This document shows, one piece after another, positions 40,503-49,552 of a stretch of 64,000 nt of DNA. The DNA is taken from contig CAMAYC010000004.1 of the NCBI GenBank assembly GCA_945862125.1, forward strand, positions 8,691 to 72,690, in the 5' to 3' direction. The stretch is from Reyranella massiliensis 521 (GTDB lineage Bacteria; Pseudomonadota; Alphaproteobacteria; Reyranellales; Reyranellaceae). The notes below the pieces were generated by a model, which was not told the origin of the DNA, did not search any database, and was given only the letters and a program-made list of their open reading frames with translations. The position numbers and the translations under genes were made by a program. Each line of letters begins with the position of its first letter. Positions within the stretch are counted from its first letter, which is position 1.

Positions 40503-41726
40503 ATGGACTTCGAATACTCGGATCGCAGCAAGGCGCTGGTCGAGAAACTCAACAAATTCATGGACGAGGTCATTTATCCGGCCGAATCCGTCTACGAAGA
40601 GCAGATGGAGAAGGCCAAGGATCGCTGGCAGCTCCCGCCCGTGATGGAAGAGTGCAAGGCCGAGGCGAAGAAGCGGGGCCTCTGGAACATGTTCCTCCCC
40701 GCCGACCGCGAGACCGGCGACACCCACGGCACGATGGGCCTCAGCAACCTCGAATACGCCCCGATCTGCGAAGTGCTGGGCCGCTCGTCGATTGCGTCCG
40801 AGGCGGTGAACTGCTCCGCGCCCGACACCGGCAACATGGAAGTCTTCGCCCGCTACGGCACCAAGGAGCACAAGGAGAAGTGGCTGAAGCCGCTGCTCAA
40901 CGGCGAGATCCGCTCCTGCTTCGCCATGACCGAGCCTGCCGTGGCCTCCTCCGACGCGCGCAATGTCGAGTGCCGCATCGAAAGCGACGGCAACGACTAT
41001 GTCATCAACGGCCGCAAGTGGTGGTCCTCGGGCATGGGCGATCCGCGCTGCGCCGTCATCATCCTGATGGGCAAGAGCGACCCCAATGCGCCGGCCTACC
41101 GCCAGCAGTCGATGATCGTGGTGCCGCGCGACGCCAAGGGCATCAAGATCGTGAAGATGCTGCACGTGTTCGGCTACGACGATGCGCCGCACGGCCACGC
41201 CGAAGTGGTCTACGACAATGTCCGCGTGCCGAAGTCGGCCATCCTCCTCGGCGAAGGCCGCGGCTTCGAGATCGCGCAGGGCCGCCTCGGCCCCGGCCGC
41301 ATCCATCACTGCATGCGTGCCATCGGCGTCGCCGAGCGTGCGCTCGAGATGGCGATCAAGCGCGCCAAGAGCCGCGTCGCCTTCGGCCAGCGGATCTCCG
41401 AGATGGGCGTTACCAAGGCCCATGTCGCCGACATGCGCATGGAGATCGACATGGCCCGCCTGCTGGTCCTCAAGGCCGCCTGGGCGATGGACAAGTTCGG
41501 CAACAAGGAAGCCCGCCAGCAGATCGCGATGATCAAGGTGGCGGTGCCCAACATCACCTCCAAGGTGGTCGACCGCTGCCTGCAGCTCCACGGCGCCGGC
41601 GGCGTCAGCCAGGTGTTCAAGCTGGCCAGCATGTACGCCCATCAGCGCACGCTGCGCCTGGCCGACGGTCCGGACGAGGTCCATCGCGACCAGGTCGGCC
41701 GTCTCGAGATCGCCAAGTACAACTAG
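40503..41726 (+). CDS. Acyl-CoA dehydrogenase family protein (ACAD10/11 / FadE2-like)
   Basis: ATG follows [40 protein letters not shown]. Confidence 0.85.
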   Translation: MDFEYSDRSKALVEKLNKFMDEVIYPAESVYEEQMEKAKDRWQLPPVMEECKAEAKKRGLWNMFLPADRETGDTHGTMGLSNLEYAPICEVLGRSSIASEAVNCSAPDTGNMEVFARYGTKEHKEKWLKPLLNGEIRSCFAMTEPAVASSDARNVECRIESDGNDYVINGRKWWSSGMGDPRCAVIILMGKSDPNAPAYRQQSMIVVPRDAKGIKIVKMLHVFGYDDAPHGHAEVVYDNVRVPKSAILLGEGRGFEIAQGRLGPGRIHHCMRAIGVAERALEMAIKRAKSRVAFGQRISEMGVTKAHVADMRMEIDMARLLVLKAAWAMDKFGNKEARQQIAMIKVAVPNITSKVVDRCLQLHGAGGVSQVFKLASMYAHQRTLRLADGPDEVHRDQVGRLEIAKYN

Positions 41727-41763
41727 GCAAGTACAACCAGCCTGGCTTCATGCCAGCAATGCG

Positions 41764-41797
41764 GGGCGCGACCTGTCGGGTCGCGCCCTGTTTCGTT
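41764..41797 (+). terminator. Rho-independent terminator
   Basis: GGGCGCGACC (41764-41773) pairs with GGTCGCGCCC (41779-41788) over a 5-nt loop, followed by TGTTTCGTT. Confidence 0.7.
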
Positions 41798-41811
41798 AAG
41801 GTCGAGACGAC

Positions 41812-42747
41812 ATGACCATCGCCAGCTATGCGCGGCGCAGCGCCGAAGCGCTCGGCCCGACGACTCGCGGCATCCTGTGGATGGTGCTCTGCGGCTTGAG
41901 CTTCTCGCTGCTCAATGCCCTCACGCGCATCGTCACCGCGGACCTTCACCCCTGGCAGACACAGTTCCTGCGCTATTGCTTCGGCGGCGTGGTCATCCTG
42001 CCTTTCCTCCTGCGCGGCGGGCTGCACCTGCTGCGGACCAAGAACCTGCGGCTGCAGATCGGCCGTAACCTGGTGCATACCGTGGCCTCGGGCCTCTGGT
42101 TCCTGGCCTTGCCGCTGGTGCCGCTGGCCGAGATCACGGCGATCAGTTTCACCGGTCCGATCTTCATGACCATCGGCGCAATGCTGTTCTTCGGGGAGAC
42201 CGTGCGCGCACGGCGCTGGATCGCGATCGCGCTCGGCTTCTTCGGCATCCTGATCGTCCTCTATCCCAAGCTGCAACTCGGCATCTCGGCAAGCTCGGCG
42301 AGCCTGCTGCTGCTCGTGGCAGCACCTGTCTCGGCATGTTCCTACCTGATCGCCAAGGTCCTGATGCGACAGGACCAGCCCGAAACCATCGTGCTGTGGC
42401 AGTCGCTGCTCGTCTCGCTGTTCACGCTGCCCTTCGCCCTGTGGTTCTGGCGGCCGGTTGCCGACTGGCACCTCGCCCTGTTCGTGCTGGCGGGCATCCT
42501 GGGCTCGACCGGACATTACGCGCTCAACAGGTCGATCAAGGCCGCCGACATTTCCGCCACCCAGCCCACGCGCTTCCTCGAGCTGGTCTGGGCATCGGCG
42601 CTGGGCGCCCTGATCTGGGGCGACGTGCCGCCTGTCTGGACCTTCGTGGGCGCGATCGTGATCTTCGGCTCGACGACCTACATCGCCCGCCGCGAGGCGA
42701 TTGCCGACCGAGACCGGCGACTGTCGGAGCCCCCGGCGGCGGCTTGA
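41812..42747 (+). CDS. DMT (EamA) family transporter
   Basis: 10-TM EamA pattern with two repeats. Paralogous to 44375..45301. Confidence 0.8.
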   Translation: MTIASYARRSAEALGPTTRGILWMVLCGLSFSLLNALTRIVTADLHPWQTQFLRYCFGGVVILPFLLRGGLHLLRTKNLRLQIGRNLVHTVASGLWFLALPLVPLAEITAISFTGPIFMTIGAMLFFGETVRARRWIAIALGFFGILIVLYPKLQLGISASSASLLLLVAAPVSACSYLIAKVLMRQDQPETIVLWQSLLVSLFTLPFALWFWRPVADWHLALFVLAGILGSTGHYALNRSIKAADISATQPTRFLELVWASALGALIWGDVPPVWTFVGAIVIFGSTTYIARREAIADRDRRLSEPPAAA

Positions 42748-42778
42748 CGAGCGGTCAGGGAGGGTGATCCTTCGCGAT

Positions 42779-43150
42779 ATGGAAGCCCCGCCGAAGAAGA
42801 ACCCGCACGTCACCGAGCATCTCGCCAACGAACGCACGTTCCTCGCCTGGATCCGCACGGCCATCGCGGTGATGACCCTGGGCGTCGCCATCAACCGCTT
42901 CGCCCTCTTCCTGATGGAAATCCATCAGGTCCTTCCCGAACTCCGCCACCTCGCCAACCGACACATCGAGAAGCTCGGCATCGGCCTCGTCATCCTGGGC
43001 ATCGTCATGCTGATCGGCGCGACGTGGCACTATCTCCATGTCGGCCGCACGATCGAGGACGAAACCTATCGCCCGGCCAACCGGATCATGGTTGGCACCG
43101 CCATCGTCGTCATGCTGATGGGCGGCTCCGCCCTCGTCTGGCTTTTCTAG
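42779..43150 (+). CDS. DUF202 (YidH-like) membrane protein
   Basis: ATG 42779. The hallmark LANERTFLAWIRT is followed by TM helices. Confidence 0.75.
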   Translation: MEAPPKKNPHVTEHLANERTFLAWIRTAIAVMTLGVAINRFALFLMEIHQVLPELRHLANRHIEKLGIGLVILGIVMLIGATWHYLHVGRTIEDETYRPANRIMVGTAIVVMLMGGSALVWLF

Positions 43151-43746
43151 CGCGACTGACCCACCGCCGGCGGCCCGTCGGGCATTTCCAGCAGCTCGCT
43201 TTCGGGCGCACCGGCCTCGTAGGCCCGCACCAGCGCGTCGGGATCGAACACGATGCCGATCGGATTCTTCTTGAAGGCCTCGGTCTGGAAATAGGCCGCG
43301 GTCGCCTCCTTGGTGGCATAGCGGTCGACCTGCAGCTCGACGCCGTTGCCGTCGGGGTCGCGATAGTAGATCGACACCGTGGGACCGTGGTGGATGCAGC
43401 GCGCCGGCGCGATGCCGAGCATCTTCACGCGGACGTAGGTCGAAAGCAGCGCACCGATGTCGGCGAAAGTGTAGGCGACATGCGCCAGTCCCGAAGTCTG
43501 CGCATCGGGCGCCTTGAGGCCAGCCAGATTCACGATGCCCAGCCGGTGATGCTCGTCGTCGTAGGTCAGGAAACAGATGTAGTCGGTGCGCTGCACCACA
43601 TGCATGTTCAGCACCGCCGAGTACCAGTCGATCATCGCCTGGATGTTCGACGAGCGCAGCACGAAGTGGGCGAACAGCACCGGCGTGGCGGGCTTGGGAT
43701 CGAGCGTGCGGCGGCCACGCGAGGTCGTCTCGAGCACAGTGTCCAT
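43147..43746 (-). CDS. VOC (glyoxalase/extradiol dioxygenase) family protein
   Basis: ATG follows GGAGGCTC. Pattern HFVLRSSN...HHRLGIV...LAHVAYTF...YYRDPDGNGVELQ. Confidence 0.8.
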   Translation of the reverse strand: MDTVLETTSRGRRTLDPKPATPVLFAHFVLRSSNIQAMIDWYSAVLNMHVVQRTDYICFLTYDDEHHRLGIVNLAGLKAPDAQTSGLAHVAYTFADIGALLSTYVRVKMLGIAPARCIHHGPTVSIYYRDPDGNGVELQVDRYATKEATAAYFQTEAFKKNPIGIVFDPDALVRAYEAGAPESELLEMPDGPPAVGQSR

Positions 43747-43844
43747 GGGAGCCTCCAGGCCCCGAGTTTAGGCGCCGCATCGGGCGACGTCACCGGGCTC
43801 TCTAATGTGCTACCCTGCCCACAATGCGTCTCGGGGAAACGAAC

Positions 43845-44285
43845 ATGCGGATGGCCGTGCTGCTTGGCAGCGTTCTGGTGCTGGGCGGCTTGCAGCCGGC
43901 GGCGGCGGAGGCTGTATTCAGGCCTGCCGAGAACAAGGTCCCGGTCGCCCTGGTCGAGGTCTCCAAGTCGCCGCGCTACACCGAAGTCAGGCTCCAGACC
44001 CAGGCCGCGGTCACCGGCATCTGCTGGCACGCCCAGGGCCCGGACAGCCCCTATCTGGTGGTCGGCAACAATCGTTACCGCTTCCTCGGCGGCGACAGCA
44101 TCGCGGCCTGCCCGGCGGTACGCAACTACGCGGCGCGCGAAAGCATGGCGCTGCGGTTCGAAAAGCTCGATCCGCAGATCAAGGAGTTCTCCTTCGTCGA
44201 CGGACAGGGCGGCGAGAAGGAGATGACCGAGCCGGAAACGTCCAAGGCACGGTTCTGGAACTTCCTGCGCGTCACGTTGAAGTAG
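43845..44285 (+). CDS. Secreted hypothetical protein
   Basis: ATG 43845 follows GGGGAA. Signal peptide MRMAVLLGSVLVLGGLQPAAAEA. High GC3. I recognise no family. ATG 43824 is an alternative start. Confidence 0.6.
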   Translation: MRMAVLLGSVLVLGGLQPAAAEAVFRPAENKVPVALVEVSKSPRYTEVRLQTQAAVTGICWHAQGPDSPYLVVGNNRYRFLGGDSIAACPAVRNYAARESMALRFEKLDPQIKEFSFVDGQGGEKEMTEPETSKARFWNFLRVTLK

Positions 44286-44374
44286 CCCCGCCTGAAGTGA
44301 GCGCAGTGCCGGCTCGCCCACCGGAATAGCGCCGTGCTTGACCGGCGACGCCGGCACAGGCAAGCCCGACCGTC

Positions 44375-45301
44375 ATGGCCGCGCCCGCGATCGATGCTCC
44401 CGATGCCCTCAGTCATTTGATTCCGTCGCGGGTGGCGCGCGGCTTCTTCCTCGCCATCGTCGCCGGACTGTTCTTCAATTTCCTGAACGGCGCAGTGAAG
44501 GAACTCGCGACCGACATGCCGCCGCTCTACGTGGCGTGGGGCCGCTGGATCGCCGGCATCGCGCTGGTCGCGCCCTATCTGTGGTGGCGCGTCGGCATCG
44601 ACGGCATGCGCACCCACGACATGAAGCTCCATTGCCTGCGTGGGCTCTTCCACACGCCGGGCTACGGCCTGTGGTACGAGGCCGTCGTCTGGCTGCCCCT
44701 CGCCACCATGGCGGCGCTGGGCTTCACCGGGCCGATTTTCGTCACCCTGGGCGCCGTGCTCTTCCTGCGCGAGACCGTGCACTGGCGGCGCTGGCTGGGC
44801 GTCGCGGTCGGCTTTGCGGGCATGCTGGTGATCGTCCGCCCCGGCATCATCGAGATGAACCCAGGCATCCTGATGATGATGCTGGCGGTGCCGCTGATCG
44901 CCGGCTCCAACCTCGTCGCCAAGGTCGTCTCGGGCCGCGACAAGCCCGCCGTCGTCGTGCTGTGGCAGAGCGTGGTCGGCGCCATCTGCTTTACGCCGCT
45001 CGGCATCTGGTTCTGGCAGACGCCGACGCTCACCCAGCTCGGCCTGTTCGTGGCCTCCGGCTTCTTCGGCACGATGGGCTACTTCTTCATCACCTGGGCC
45101 TACCGGCTGCTCGATATTTCCGCCCTGCAGTCGATCACCTTCCTCGGCATCGTCTGGGCCGCCTTGATGGACGTGGCGGTCTGGGGCAAGACGGCCGACG
45201 TCTGGACCTTTGTCGGCGCTGCGATCATCGTGGCGTCGACGACCTTCATCGCCCATCGTGAATCGCGAGCAGGCGCCGTCGCGGGAGGAAAAAAGAAATG
45301 A
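44375..45301 (+). CDS. DMT (EamA) family transporter
   Basis: 10-TM EamA pattern. The stop overlaps the next ATG (ATGA). Confidence 0.8.
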   Translation: MAAPAIDAPDALSHLIPSRVARGFFLAIVAGLFFNFLNGAVKELATDMPPLYVAWGRWIAGIALVAPYLWWRVGIDGMRTHDMKLHCLRGLFHTPGYGLWYEAVVWLPLATMAALGFTGPIFVTLGAVLFLRETVHWRRWLGVAVGFAGMLVIVRPGIIEMNPGILMMMLAVPLIAGSNLVAKVVSGRDKPAVVVLWQSVVGAICFTPLGIWFWQTPTLTQLGLFVASGFFGTMGYFFITWAYRLLDISALQSITFLGIVWAALMDVAVWGKTADVWTFVGAAIIVASTTFIAHRESRAGAVAGGKKK

Positions 45302-46068
45302 CCGATCGTCTGGCCGGCAAGGTGGCCCTCATCACCGGCGGTTCGTCGGGTCTCGGCGAGTGCGGCGCTGTCCTGATGGCCCGCGAGGGCGCCAAGGTCG
45401 TGATCGCCGACATACAAGAAGACAAAGGACGCGCGCTCGCCGCCAAGATCGGCAAGGCCGCGCATTTCGTGAAACTCGACGTCACCAGCGAAGACAACTG
45501 GCAGGCCGCCATCGCGGAATCGGTAAAGACCTTCGGCGCGCTGCACGTGCTGGTCAATTCGGCCGGCATCGGCCTCACCAAGACGGTCGAGGACATCACG
45601 CTGGAGGAATGGCGCCGCGTCCACGCCATCGACCTCGACGGCGTGTTCCTGGGCTGCAAGCACGGCGTCGCCGAGATCAAGAAGCACACCAGGACACTGG
45701 GCGGTTCGATCATCAACATCTCGTCGATCTCGGGCATCATCGCCGGCGCCAACATGGCCGCCTACAACTCGGCCAAGGCGGGCGTCCGCCTCCTCAGCAA
45801 GTCGGTGGCGCTGCACTGCGCCAAGTCGGGCTACAACATCCGCTCCAACTCGGTGCATCCCACCTTCATCGACACGCCGATCCTCGACCGCCACCGCGTC
45901 CGCTTCGGCCAGGAGGTCATGCAACAGAAGCTCGGCAAGCAGGTCCCGATCGGGCGGCTGGGCCGGCCGGAGGAAGTGGGCTGGGCCCTGGTCTTCCTCG
46001 CCTCGGACGAATCGAGCTTCATGACCGGCTCGGAAGTAGTGATCGACGGCGGCATTTCGGCGATGTGA
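45298..46068 (+). CDS. SDR family oxidoreductase
   Basis: ITGGSSGLG, NISS, YNSAKAG. SD GGGAGGAA. Confidence 0.9.
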   Translation: MTDRLAGKVALITGGSSGLGECGAVLMAREGAKVVIADIQEDKGRALAAKIGKAAHFVKLDVTSEDNWQAAIAESVKTFGALHVLVNSAGIGLTKTVEDITLEEWRRVHAIDLDGVFLGCKHGVAEIKKHTRTLGGSIINISSISGIIAGANMAAYNSAKAGVRLLSKSVALHCAKSGYNIRSNSVHPTFIDTPILDRHRVRFGQEVMQQKLGKQVPIGRLGRPEEVGWALVFLASDESSFMTGSEVVIDGGISAM

Positions 46069-46080
46069 TCGGAGGACCTC

Positions 46081-46875
46081 ATGCTTCTTTCTCTCAACAA
46101 CCGTCGCGTCCATTTCGATCTTGCCGGACCGCAGAATGCGCCGGTCGTCTGCTTCACCCATTCGCTGAACTCCGACGGCGGCATGTGGGTCGAGCAGATG
46201 GTGCCGCTGCTGGCCGCCGGTTACCGCGTGCTGCGCCTCGACATGCGCGGCCATGGCGGCAGCGAGCCAGTGCCGGGCGACTACACGATGGATGCGCTGG
46301 CGGCCGACGTGAAAGGCGCGCTCGACGTGCTGGAGATCAAGAAGGTCCACTACATCGGGCTCTCGATCGGCGGCATGATCGGCCAGGGCTTTGCGCTCGC
46401 CAATCCCGGCTCTCTCGCCTCGCTCTGCCTATGCGACACCCAGCCCTCGACGCCGCCGGGTTCGGCCGGCACCTGGGAGGAGCGCAAGGCCACCGTGCGC
46501 AGCAAGGGGTTGGCCGCCCTCGCCGATGCCACCATGCAGCGCTGGTTCACCGACGAGTTCAAGCAGGTGAACCCCGTGCGCTGGCGGGAGATCCGCGACA
46601 CGATCAGCGGCACCACACCCGACGGTTCCGCCGGCTGCATGTCGGCGATCCAGCATTTCGACTATCTCGACCGCCTCAACACCATCAAGGTTCCGACCCT
46701 GGTGATCTGCGGCGACCAGGACGAAGGCACGCCGCCCGACCGCAACAAGCTGATCGCCTCGAAGATCCCCGGCGGCCGCTACGAGGAAATCGCCAAGGCC
46801 CGCCACCTGCCCAACGTCGAGCGGCCTGAGCAGTTCAACCGCATCATGATGACGTGGCTCGCCGCCAACCGTTAG
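46081..46875 (+). CDS. Alpha/beta hydrolase (3-oxoadipate enol-lactonase-like)
   Basis: SD GGAGGA. Nucleophile elbow GLSIGG. HLPNVERPEQF near the C-terminus. Confidence 0.8.
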   Translation: MLLSLNNRRVHFDLAGPQNAPVVCFTHSLNSDGGMWVEQMVPLLAAGYRVLRLDMRGHGGSEPVPGDYTMDALAADVKGALDVLEIKKVHYIGLSIGGMIGQGFALANPGSLASLCLCDTQPSTPPGSAGTWEERKATVRSKGLAALADATMQRWFTDEFKQVNPVRWREIRDTISGTTPDGSAGCMSAIQHFDYLDRLNTIKVPTLVICGDQDEGTPPDRNKLIASKIPGGRYEEIAKARHLPNVERPEQFNRIMMTWLAANR

Positions 46876-46883
46876 GACACAAA

Positions 46884-48050
46884 ATGGATTTCGCCTTCAC
46901 CGAACAGCAGCTCGCCATCAAGGACAGCGTCGGCAAGCTGTGCGCCCAGTTCGACGGCAAGTACTGGCTGAAGAAAGACAAGGACGGCGGCTTCCCCGAG
47001 GACTTCTACCGCGCCATGGCCGATGCCGGCTGGCTGGGCATCGCCATGCCCGAGGAATATGGCGGCGCGGGCCTCGGCATCGCCGAGGCTGCGATCATGA
47101 TGCAGGCGGTGGCCGAATCGGGCGCGGCTCTCCAGGGTGCCTCGGCGGTCCACCTCAACGTCTTCGGCCCCAACCCGATCGTGGTGTTCGGCACCGAGGA
47201 ACAGAAGAAGCGCATCCTGCCCGACATCATCGCCGGCAAGGTGAAGGGCTGCTTCGCCGTCACCGAGCCCGACGCCGGCCTCAACACCACGGCGCTGGAA
47301 ACCAAGGCCGAGCGCGACGGCAACGGCTACGTCGTGCACGGCAAGAAGACCTGGACCACCACGGCTCAGGTCGCCGACAAGATGCTGCTGATCGCCCGCA
47401 CCACGCCCAAGGACAAGTGCAAGAAGGCGACCGACGGTCTCTCGCTGTTCTACACCGACTTCGACCGCTCCAGGATCGAGGTCCGCGAGATCGAGAAGAT
47501 GGGCCGCAAGGCGATCGACACCAACCAGGTGTTCATCGACGGATTGAAAGTCCCGCTCGAGGACCGCATCGGCGAGGAGGGCAAGGGCTTCCACTATCTG
47601 CTGCACGGCCTCAATCCCGAGCGCATCCTGATCGCGGCGGAAGCCATCGGTATCGGCAAGGCAGCACTGGCCAAGGCCACGCAATATGCCAAGGAGCGTA
47701 TCGTGTTCGGCCGGCCGATCGGCAAGAACCAGGCGATCCAGCATCCGCTGGCCGAGAGCTGGATGCAGCTCGAGGCGGCGAACCTGCTCACCTTCAAGGC
47801 GGCCTGGCTCTACGACAACGGCAAGGAATGCGGCGCCGAGGCCAATTCGGCCAAGTATCTCGGCGCACGCTGGGCCTATGACGCCTGCGAGCGGGCGATC
47901 CTGACGCATGGCGGCTACGGCTACGCCAAGGAGTTCCACGTCGAGCGCTTCCTGCGCGAGGTCATGATCGCGCGCATCGCGCCGGTCAGCGAGCAGCTGA
48001 TCCTGTGCTACGTGGCCGAGCGGGTGCTGGGACTGCCCAAGAGCTACTAG
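46884..48050 (+). CDS. Acyl-CoA dehydrogenase family protein
   Basis: ATG 46884 (MDFAFTEQQLAIKD...). CFAVTEPDAGLN, and HGGYGYAKEFHVERFLRE. Confidence 0.85.
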   Translation: MDFAFTEQQLAIKDSVGKLCAQFDGKYWLKKDKDGGFPEDFYRAMADAGWLGIAMPEEYGGAGLGIAEAAIMMQAVAESGAALQGASAVHLNVFGPNPIVVFGTEEQKKRILPDIIAGKVKGCFAVTEPDAGLNTTALETKAERDGNGYVVHGKKTWTTTAQVADKMLLIARTTPKDKCKKATDGLSLFYTDFDRSRIEVREIEKMGRKAIDTNQVFIDGLKVPLEDRIGEEGKGFHYLLHGLNPERILIAAEAIGIGKAALAKATQYAKERIVFGRPIGKNQAIQHPLAESWMQLEAANLLTFKAAWLYDNGKECGAEANSAKYLGARWAYDACERAILTHGGYGYAKEFHVERFLREVMIARIAPVSEQLILCYVAERVLGLPKSY

Positions 48051-48077
48051 GTCAAGCGCCTGAATTAACTGGATATT

Positions 48078-48099
48078 TTGCCTGCGGAACCGCAGGCAA
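48078..48099 (+). terminator. Perfect palindromic hairpin downstream of the ACAD gene
   Basis: TTGCCTGCGG-AA-CCGCAGGCAA. No U-tract follows on either strand, so its role as a terminator is uncertain. Confidence 0.3.
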
Positions 48100-48163
48100 C
48101 CTCGACCCGTCGCTGGGCGTTCCCCTCTCGTACCGTATTTCTGCGGCATGAAGGAGAACGGCC

Positions 48164-48550
48164 ATGACGCACAGCCAGACTCACGCCAGCATCGCCTTCG
48201 CCGGCATCGTCGTGCTCGCGACCATCGCCCTTGTCGCCCCGCCCGTGCCGCCGGCTTCGGCCGAGGTCCAGGCCTCGCGCATCTGCCGCGAGCAGGGCGT
48301 GAAGCCCAACACCGCGGGCTACGACTACTGCCTGCTGCAGGCGGAGCGCGCCCTGGAATGGGGCGAGCCCGGAATGGCGCGCGCCTATGCCCGCGTGGCC
48401 TCGGAATCGCGCGAGGCCTGCCAGTCCTACGGTCTGGAACCCACAAGCAGCGGATATAGCGCCTGCATGGAGCGCGAGACCAAGGCGCGCAGCTTGCTGA
48501 TCTTCAGCGAGGAGCAGATCAACTACGGCCCGCAGCTCGCCCGCGACTAA
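48164..48550 (+). CDS. Secreted hypothetical protein with two Cys-bracketed repeats
   Basis: ATG follows AAGGAGA. Signal peptide ends ...PPASA. The repeats are CREQGVKPNTAGYDYC and CQSYGLEPTSSGYSAC. High GC3. The alternate-frame ORF 48148..48459 is rejected. Confidence 0.7.
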   Translation: MTHSQTHASIAFAGIVVLATIALVAPPVPPASAEVQASRICREQGVKPNTAGYDYCLLQAERALEWGEPGMARAYARVASESREACQSYGLEPTSSGYSACMERETKARSLLIFSEEQINYGPQLARD

Positions 48551-48553
48551 AAC

Positions 48554-49084
48554 CTACTTCGGGATCCGCTTCTCGTACTCGGCCTCGATATCGCCGAAGA
48601 CCGTCCAGAAGGGCTTCGGCACGCGGCCGTTGGCGCGCTCCACCAAAATTGCCAGGTGAGTGTGCCAGCCGCCCGACGTCTGGACCATCTCGGCGCGGGT
48701 CGGCAGCTTCCGGTGCGTCAGGATCAGCCGCACGTTCTCGCCCTCGGTCGCCAGTTCGAACGTCACCTCCGACTTGCCCCAGGAGATCACGAGCAACCGC
48801 GGCGGCTGCAGACGCAGCACGCGCTCGCGGCTGACATGGCCTTTCTCGTCCATCTCCTTGAAGCGTTCGGGGGCCGCCGCCTTGTCTGGCGACAGATCGC
48901 GATGCTGGAAGCGCAGTTCGACCGCGCCCCCTTCCTTCAATTCCATCGGTCCGCTCGCCAGCCATTGGCCGCGCTTGTCGGAATCGACCAGGAATTCCCA
49001 CACCGTCTCGATCGGTCCGGGCAGCAGGCGCTCGAAACGCACCTCGGCGGGCGCGGTGACGCGGCCAAAATCCGTGTCGGTCAT
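48554..49084 (-). CDS. SRPBCC (AHSA1/Aha1-like) family protein
   Basis: Pattern RLLPGPIETVWEFLVDSDKRGQWL...GGWHTHLAIL. ATGA overlap with arsR. Confidence 0.8.
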   Translation of the reverse strand: MTDTDFGRVTAPAEVRFERLLPGPIETVWEFLVDSDKRGQWLASGPMELKEGGAVELRFQHRDLSPDKAAAPERFKEMDEKGHVSRERVLRLQPPRLLVISWGKSEVTFELATEGENVRLILTHRKLPTRAEMVQTSGGWHTHLAILVERANGRVPKPFWTVFGDIEAEYEKRIPK

Positions 49085-49428
49085 TTGCGGCTCCTCTTCC
49101 TCGTCTTGCGGGCATGCTGCAGCAGGGCGCTCTCGAGCGCGTCGAGGCGCCCGGTCCAGAAGTGCTGGTAATGGGCGATCCAGCGGTCGGCCTCGGCGAG
49201 CGGCCCCGCCTCGATGCGGCAGCGGTGCGTGCGGCCCTCGACGGTGCGGCTGAGCAGCCCCGCCGTCTCCAGGACCTTCACATGCTTGGCCGCGGCCGCG
49301 AACGACATGTCGAACGGCTCGGCCAGTTCCCCCACCGTCCGCTCGGCACTGCTGAGACGGCGCAGCATGGCGCGGCGGGTGGGATCGGCCAGGGCCTGGA
49401 ATATGCGATCGAGATTCTGTTCAACCAT
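49081..49428 (-). CDS. ArsR/SmtB family transcriptional regulator
   Basis: IFQALADPTRRAMLRRLSSAERTVGELAEPFDMSFAAAAKHVKVLETAGLL. Confidence 0.9.
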   Translation of the reverse strand: MVEQNLDRIFQALADPTRRAMLRRLSSAERTVGELAEPFDMSFAAAAKHVKVLETAGLLSRTVEGRTHRCRIEAGPLAEADRWIAHYQHFWTGRLDALESALLQHARKTRKRSRK

Positions 49429-49480
49429 GTGGTTGAATATAAGACTGCCTCACGCGTCATTCAACCATTAAGTTGAATGA
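49420..49480. promoter_or_regulatory. Two perfect inverted repeats sharing the TTCAAC/GTTGAA core: candidate ArsR operator(s)
   Basis: TTCAACCA-TG-TGGTTGAA (49420-49437) spans the arsR start codon. TCATTCAAC-CATTAA-GTTGAATGA lies at 49457-49480. Both sit in an AT-rich patch between the divergent arsR and hydrolase genes. Confidence 0.5.
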
Positions 49481-49552
49481 ACGTTTCAGGTGCCTCGCGC
49501 TGCCGAGTTAACGTAGGGTCCCGATCCTGACCCCCAAGACACGGATCGCATA

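Noticed and set aside
41713-41737. Direct repeat CAAGTACAAC twice, spanning the ACAD stop codon
   Set aside because: It is short (10 nt) and isolated. A local slippage duplication explains it, and no functional inference is justified.
48148-48459. Alternate-frame 103-aa ORF overlapping the Cys-repeat protein gene
   Set aside because: It is an Arg/Gly/Pro-rich shadow frame. The 48164 frame has the SD (AAGGAGA), a signal peptide and strong GC3.
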